DNA of 37,060 nt, from the IMG/VR virus record IMGVR_UViG_3300022741_000087, positions 1 through 37,060 of that record; one strand, 5' to 3'. Origin of the DNA: a virus (Duplodnaviria; Caudoviricetes). A program made the position numbers and the translations under genes. The first letter of the stretch is position 1; each line of letters begins with the position of its first letter. Below are positions 33,369 through 37,060 of the stretch, in pieces. Below the pieces are notes generated by a model. That model searched no databases, was not told the origin of the DNA, and saw only the letters and a program-made list of their open reading frames with translations.

Positions 33369-34093
33369 CAATCGACCTCTACGAGATTAAAGCTCTCGCC
33401 GAAGCCGCCATGTTCAGCCATTACCTCAACCCTGTCGCGCGTGCTGAACTCCGCATGACAATGACTCCAGAGGTGACGCTGGAACTGATCACCGAAATTG
33501 AGCGCCACCGCCTGACAAACACCGAGGGCTGCAAGCCCGAAAGCAGCCCCCCACTCCCTTACAAGCCCCACACAGGGTCCGCGACTAGCCGCAACCTCGA
33601 CAACGCGGAGGGCGGTACGCCCGACAGCAATATCCGCCCCCACCCAGACGACATGCTAGCCATCATCAGGCAGCGTCGAGACGTCATAAGGTCAACCAAT
33701 GCCGACCTACTAGATGCGATGGCCTTACTACAAGACCAGACATACGCGTTGGGCTTTAGCAGAGGAAGAGCCGAACACGCCCAGGGGGCATTACAAACTG
33801 GACTGGCCGAAGTGCTGCCAACAGTGGCTATCGAAGGCGATCAACTGGTGATCCGCATCACCACTGAATGCCTGCTGCACGCAGTGACATGCTCCTCGCA
33901 GTGGCCGGTTGACGAAGCCGGCTCTCCGATCAGCATCAACAATGGGCCGCTGTTGGTACAAGAAATAATCCACGAATTGCAGCGCGGCGACGAGCTGGGC
34001 GCAAACCCGATGCACCACTTGTTCGACGAAGCCGCCCTGGCCGCGCTGGACAATGGTAGCGAGGCGGTGGACTACAACGAGGTGCGCCCATGA
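33365..34093 (+). CDS. Hypothetical protein, Ead/Ea22-like N-terminus
   Basis: IDLYEIKALAEAA...PEVTLELITEIER; GAGGA RBS before ATG 33365. Confidence 0.65.
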   Translation: MTIDLYEIKALAEAAMFSHYLNPVARAELRMTMTPEVTLELITEIERHRLTNTEGCKPESSPPLPYKPHTGSATSRNLDNAEGGTPDSNIRPHPDDMLAIIRQRRDVIRSTNADLLDAMALLQDQTYALGFSRGRAEHAQGALQTGLAEVLPTVAIEGDQLVIRITTECLLHAVTCSSQWPVDEAGSPISINNGPLLVQEIIHELQRGDELGANPMHHLFDEAALAALDNGSEAVDYNEVRP

Positions 34094-34704
34094 CTAACAC
34101 CAATCAAATGGTCAACGTGCCGCGCGAGCTTCTGGAGCAAGCGCTTGATGCAGCAGCAGCAGTTGGCATGCAAGACGTGGCGGATGAACTGGATCGCCTT
34201 TTGACCCCCACCACCGCAGCAACCGCCATACGCGACCTCGACAAAGCGGAGGGCGAGCAGCCCGACCTCAACTTCCATCTTCTTGCCCTGGCCGAACGAT
34301 CCTGCTCGCTGCTGGAGGACTGGATTCAACTCAGCAACTCCAAGGATGCCCCCCTAACCAACCAAGTCAGGGAAACGAGAGCGTTGCTCGAGTCGCAAAG
34401 CCCAACGTGGAGCACTGCGATACGGGACCTCCTTGCAGAGCGGCGTCGGCAGATACATGTCGAAGGCTGGTCAAAAGAACACGATGACACAGAGCGGAGG
34501 GGCGAACTCGCCTCCGCCGCTGCAACTTATGCACTCAAAGCGATCGGCTTCACGGCTTTCGAAGAAGAACTGTGGCCATGGACGCGTGACTGGCTCAAGC
34601 CAGGAACACCACGCGCCATGCTCGTCAAAGCCGGAGCGTTGATCCTGGCCGAGCTAGAGCGCCTCGATCGACTGTCTGCCACGGAGGTGCACCGTGAGAA
34701 CTGA
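34090..34704 (+). CDS. Hypothetical phage protein with AERRRQ...EGW..EHDD domain
   Basis: C-terminal GELASAA..YA, WPW, LVKAGALILAELERLDR motif recognisable as a common phage domain; ATGA overlap. Confidence 0.75.
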   Translation: MTNTNQMVNVPRELLEQALDAAAAVGMQDVADELDRLLTPTTAATAIRDLDKAEGEQPDLNFHLLALAERSCSLLEDWIQLSNSKDAPLTNQVRETRALLESQSPTWSTAIRDLLAERRRQIHVEGWSKEHDDTERRGELASAAATYALKAIGFTAFEEELWPWTRDWLKPGTPRAMLVKAGALILAELERLDRLSATEVHREN

Positions 34705-35434
34705 GCGACCGATCCTGTTCAGCGGCCCCATGGTGCGTGCCATTCTGGAAGGCCGAAAGACGGTCACCCGTCGCGTGATCAAGCCACGCATGCGCAGCGC
34801 CGACAGCCAGTTCGTACTCGTCCAACGGCAAGACGGGTCCTGGAGCCCGATCCACACCTTCGACGAGAGCCCCATGGATGCCAGGGGCACCGAGCACCCC
34901 ATCACTTGCCCATACGGTAACGTCGGCAATCATTTGTGGGTTCGAGAAAGCTGGCAAGACGTTCACCCCGTGCAAGTGGCGGACGGCCGCTACTCCCAAG
35001 CTGGACAGGCTGGCATTCCTGGCCCACCCGGTGTCACCTACCGAACCATCTATCGAGCTGACGGGCCTTACCCGTGCGTCTATCACAGCCATGCACATCC
35101 CTACCGCTGCCTGCAGCCCGACCCTGAACACGCCAGCACCTGGGAGGCCGAGAGCGGTTACACCGGCTGGACGCCAAGCATCCATATGCCGCGCTGGGCC
35201 AGTCGCATCCTGCTGGAAATCACCGACGTACGCATCGAACGCCTGCAGGACATCAGTGAAGAGCAAGCGATTGCGGAAGGGGTTAGGAGCTGCGAGCGCG
35301 ATATCGACCCGGACGGTAACGACTACTCCCCCGTTGAGCTGTTCGGAGGGCTCTGGGTCAAGCTCAACGGCATGGACTCGTGGAGCGCCAACCCATGGGT
35401 ATGGGTCGTGGAGTTTCGGAGGATCACCCCTTGA
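34694..35434 (+). CDS. ASCH/PUA-like phage protein
   Basis: ERPILFSGPMVRAILEGRKTVTRR, LWVRE, PSIHMPRWASRI, NPWVWVVEF; GTG start with GGAGG RBS. Confidence 0.78.
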   Translation: MRTERPILFSGPMVRAILEGRKTVTRRVIKPRMRSADSQFVLVQRQDGSWSPIHTFDESPMDARGTEHPITCPYGNVGNHLWVRESWQDVHPVQVADGRYSQAGQAGIPGPPGVTYRTIYRADGPYPCVYHSHAHPYRCLQPDPEHASTWEAESGYTGWTPSIHMPRWASRILLEITDVRIERLQDISEEQAIAEGVRSCERDIDPDGNDYSPVELFGGLWVKLNGMDSWSANPWVWVVEFRRITP

Positions 35435-35652
35435 ACAATTTACCTTCGACCCGGCCACGCCTGGCAACACATGCGCTCGACCTGAATGTCATCTGCGACA
35501 TCTGCGGGAGATCGCGACCCGCCTTTAACCACAGCAAGTGCAGTCGGATTCGTCAGCAGCGAAAGAGTGCTGAATGGGAGTCCTACATGGCCAATGTGGA
35601 GGCCAAGAAAGCACTACAGAAGTCTTGGTTAGCGAGGAGGCCGTCTGTATGA
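35431..35652 (+). CDS. Small Cys/His (zinc-finger-like) protein
   Basis: TTG start with GGAGG RBS; CDIC-x7-H-x2-C; overlaps both neighbours. Confidence 0.65.
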   Translation: MNNLPSTRPRLATHALDLNVICDICGRSRPAFNHSKCSRIRQQRKSAEWESYMANVEAKKALQKSWLARRPSV

Positions 35653-36011
35653 ACCACCACCAAATGGACCCAACGGTAGAACCTACAGCCGATACCTACC
35701 AGTCGGACTTTGTGCCTGAGAAAAAGATGGCCGAGCTGGTGGGCACGACCAATCGCGCCCTGCAGGGCAAAAGGGCCAAGGGACTTATCCCCAAAGGCGT
35801 CTGGAACATTATTGATAACCGCGTGTACTACAGCATCAGGAGATACGAGGCATGGCTCGAAAGCCTATGGGTTTGCCCACCGGAGTTGAATTTGTCGGCG
35901 AGTCCATCCGCATTCGCTTCACCTGGAAAGGGCAACGCCGTTGCGAAACCCTCCCCTATCCCCAAACGCCGAAGGGACTTAAAGCGGCAGCCGATCTACG
36001 CGCTAACGTAA
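35649..36011 (+). CDS. xis: Putative excisionase
   Basis: wHTH-like EKKMAELVGTT.RAL..KR, GVW, YS...YEAW; GAGGAGG RBS; overlaps integrase start. Confidence 0.7.
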   Translation: MNHHQMDPTVEPTADTYQSDFVPEKKMAELVGTTNRALQGKRAKGLIPKGVWNIIDNRVYYSIRRYEAWLESLWVCPPELNLSASPSAFASPGKGNAVAKPSPIPKRRRDLKRQPIYALT

Positions 36012-37060
36012 CCAGCCAGATCAAACACGGCATACTGGACGAACAACGGTATGCCGAGCTGTTCCCGAACTCGTCCTATACGACTCACTCGGCTACTCCC
36101 CTCTTTGGGGAGTATGCCCAGGAGTGGCTCAACAGCCGGGAAGTGGTGGCCGGCACCCGGAAGAACTACCGCATCTCGCTGAACCTGTATTGGATGCCAA
36201 CGCTGGCCACACTGCCGATCGACAGCATTACCTCAATGATGCTGCGGAAAGTTGTAGCTACTACTGACTGGACGTCACCTGGTGCGAAGCGTTCAGCCAT
36301 TCAACGATTGAAGACACTGTTCACTACTGCCGTGAAGGACGGACTGATAAACCGCAATCCAGTGGACGCCATCGAACTGCCACCCCGAGCGAAGAAGGTT
36401 ATTGACCCGTTCACCGTGGCAGAGGCTGATGCCGTCATCGCCTACCTGTATAAAACGCTCACCAGTTCAATGCGGATCTATGCTGCCTATTTTGAGTTTG
36501 CCTTCTATACCGGTATGCGTCCGAGCGAGATGGCTGCCCTACGCTGGGACGCAGTTGACCAGGACAAACGCTTGGTCGAGGTCTGCCGCATTGTTGCGGA
36601 TTATCAGATCGAAGAACGCACCAAGACTAAGGGCGCCCGGCAAGTGATGCTCAACAGCCGGGCTTTGCACGCTATTGAAGAAGCGGAGAAAGTGGCTCGC
36701 CAACGTAACCGTCAGAGCCGCAGAAAGCACCCTCAGTCGGCCTTTGTGTTTCCTCCGACCAAAAATTTCGAGTTCATCCAGCAGGCCAGCGTGACCGATA
36801 AGCACTTCCAGGCCGCGCTGGCTGAGCTGAACATTCGCGCCCGCCGGCAATACAACTGCCGACACACATACGCTACTATGTGCCTCATGGCGGGCATGAA
36901 CCCCGCATTTATTGCCAATCAGCTGGGTCACAGCGTGCAAATGCTACTGTCGACGTACGCCCGGTGGCTCAATTCCAGCACCGACTGGAGCGAGCTCGGG
37001 AAGCTTGAAAGCAAGTTGGTTGGTACAAAATCGGTACAGACTGAAACAGTACCCCTCTGA
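35852..37060 (+). CDS. int: Tyrosine integrase with N-terminal arm-binding domain
   Basis: SIRIRFTW.G.R.CETL arm domain; TGMRPSE, YNCRHTY, QLGH, catalytic Y in STYARW. Confidence 0.95.
   Translation: MARKPMGLPTGVEFVGESIRIRFTWKGQRRCETLPYPQTPKGLKAAADLRANVTSQIKHGILDEQRYAELFPNSSYTTHSATPLFGEYAQEWLNSREVVAGTRKNYRISLNLYWMPTLATLPIDSITSMMLRKVVATTDWTSPGAKRSAIQRLKTLFTTAVKDGLINRNPVDAIELPPRAKKVIDPFTVAEADAVIAYLYKTLTSSMRIYAAYFEFAFYTGMRPSEMAALRWDAVDQDKRLVEVCRIVADYQIEERTKTKGARQVMLNSRALHAIEEAEKVARQRNRQSRRKHPQSAFVFPPTKNFEFIQQASVTDKHFQAALAELNIRARRQYNCRHTYATMCLMAGMNPAFIANQLGHSVQMLLSTYARWLNSSTDWSELGKLESKLVGTKSVQTETVPL

Larger units (their letters stand above)
1..37060. mobile_element. Temperate prophage with lambda-like head and P2-like contractile tail, apparently complete in gene content
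   Basis: Integrase, excisionase, cI/cro switch, replication, terminase, portal, capsid, tail and lysis genes all present as open frames in lambdoid order. Confidence 0.95.

Noticed and set aside
1-37060. attL/attR direct repeats, tRNA genes, IS elements, known defence operons
   Set aside because: None recognisable by eye; the window is trimmed at gene ends so att sites probably lie outside

Overview
The whole 37 kb window is one temperate prophage, most likely from a Pseudomonas (inferred from high GC, rulAB-type umuDC, a PrtN-family gene and pyocin-like tail/lysis genes). It runs from the umuC stop (1) to the integrase stop (37060); no att direct repeat is visible inside the window. Left end: a LexA-box umuDC / SRAP cassette and a D12-class adenine methyltransferase. 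Minus strand: one long late region with Rz/Rz1 spanins, GH19 endolysin, a P2-like contractile tail, a lambda-like head and terminase, a lambda-type cos site and a holin, followed by a Q-like gene, an iteron-rich origin candidate, a primase-polymerase/SF3 helicase, and TraR-, CII- and Cro-like genes. Plus strand: CI repressor and the early-left operon ending in xis/int. Top observations: (1) a predicted ~70-nt two-hairpin RNA between cII and cro whose two loops are complementary to two sites in the early-left transcript, one covering an RBS and start codon; (2) a CI repressor with Ala at the catalytic Ser position, so probably not RecA-cleavable; (3) a +1 (or -2), not -1, tail chaperone frameshift; (4) a cosQ-cosN match predicting the cohesive end GGTGCGCAGACT. 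All calls are from reading the sequence and recalled family motifs; no searches or folding programs were run.
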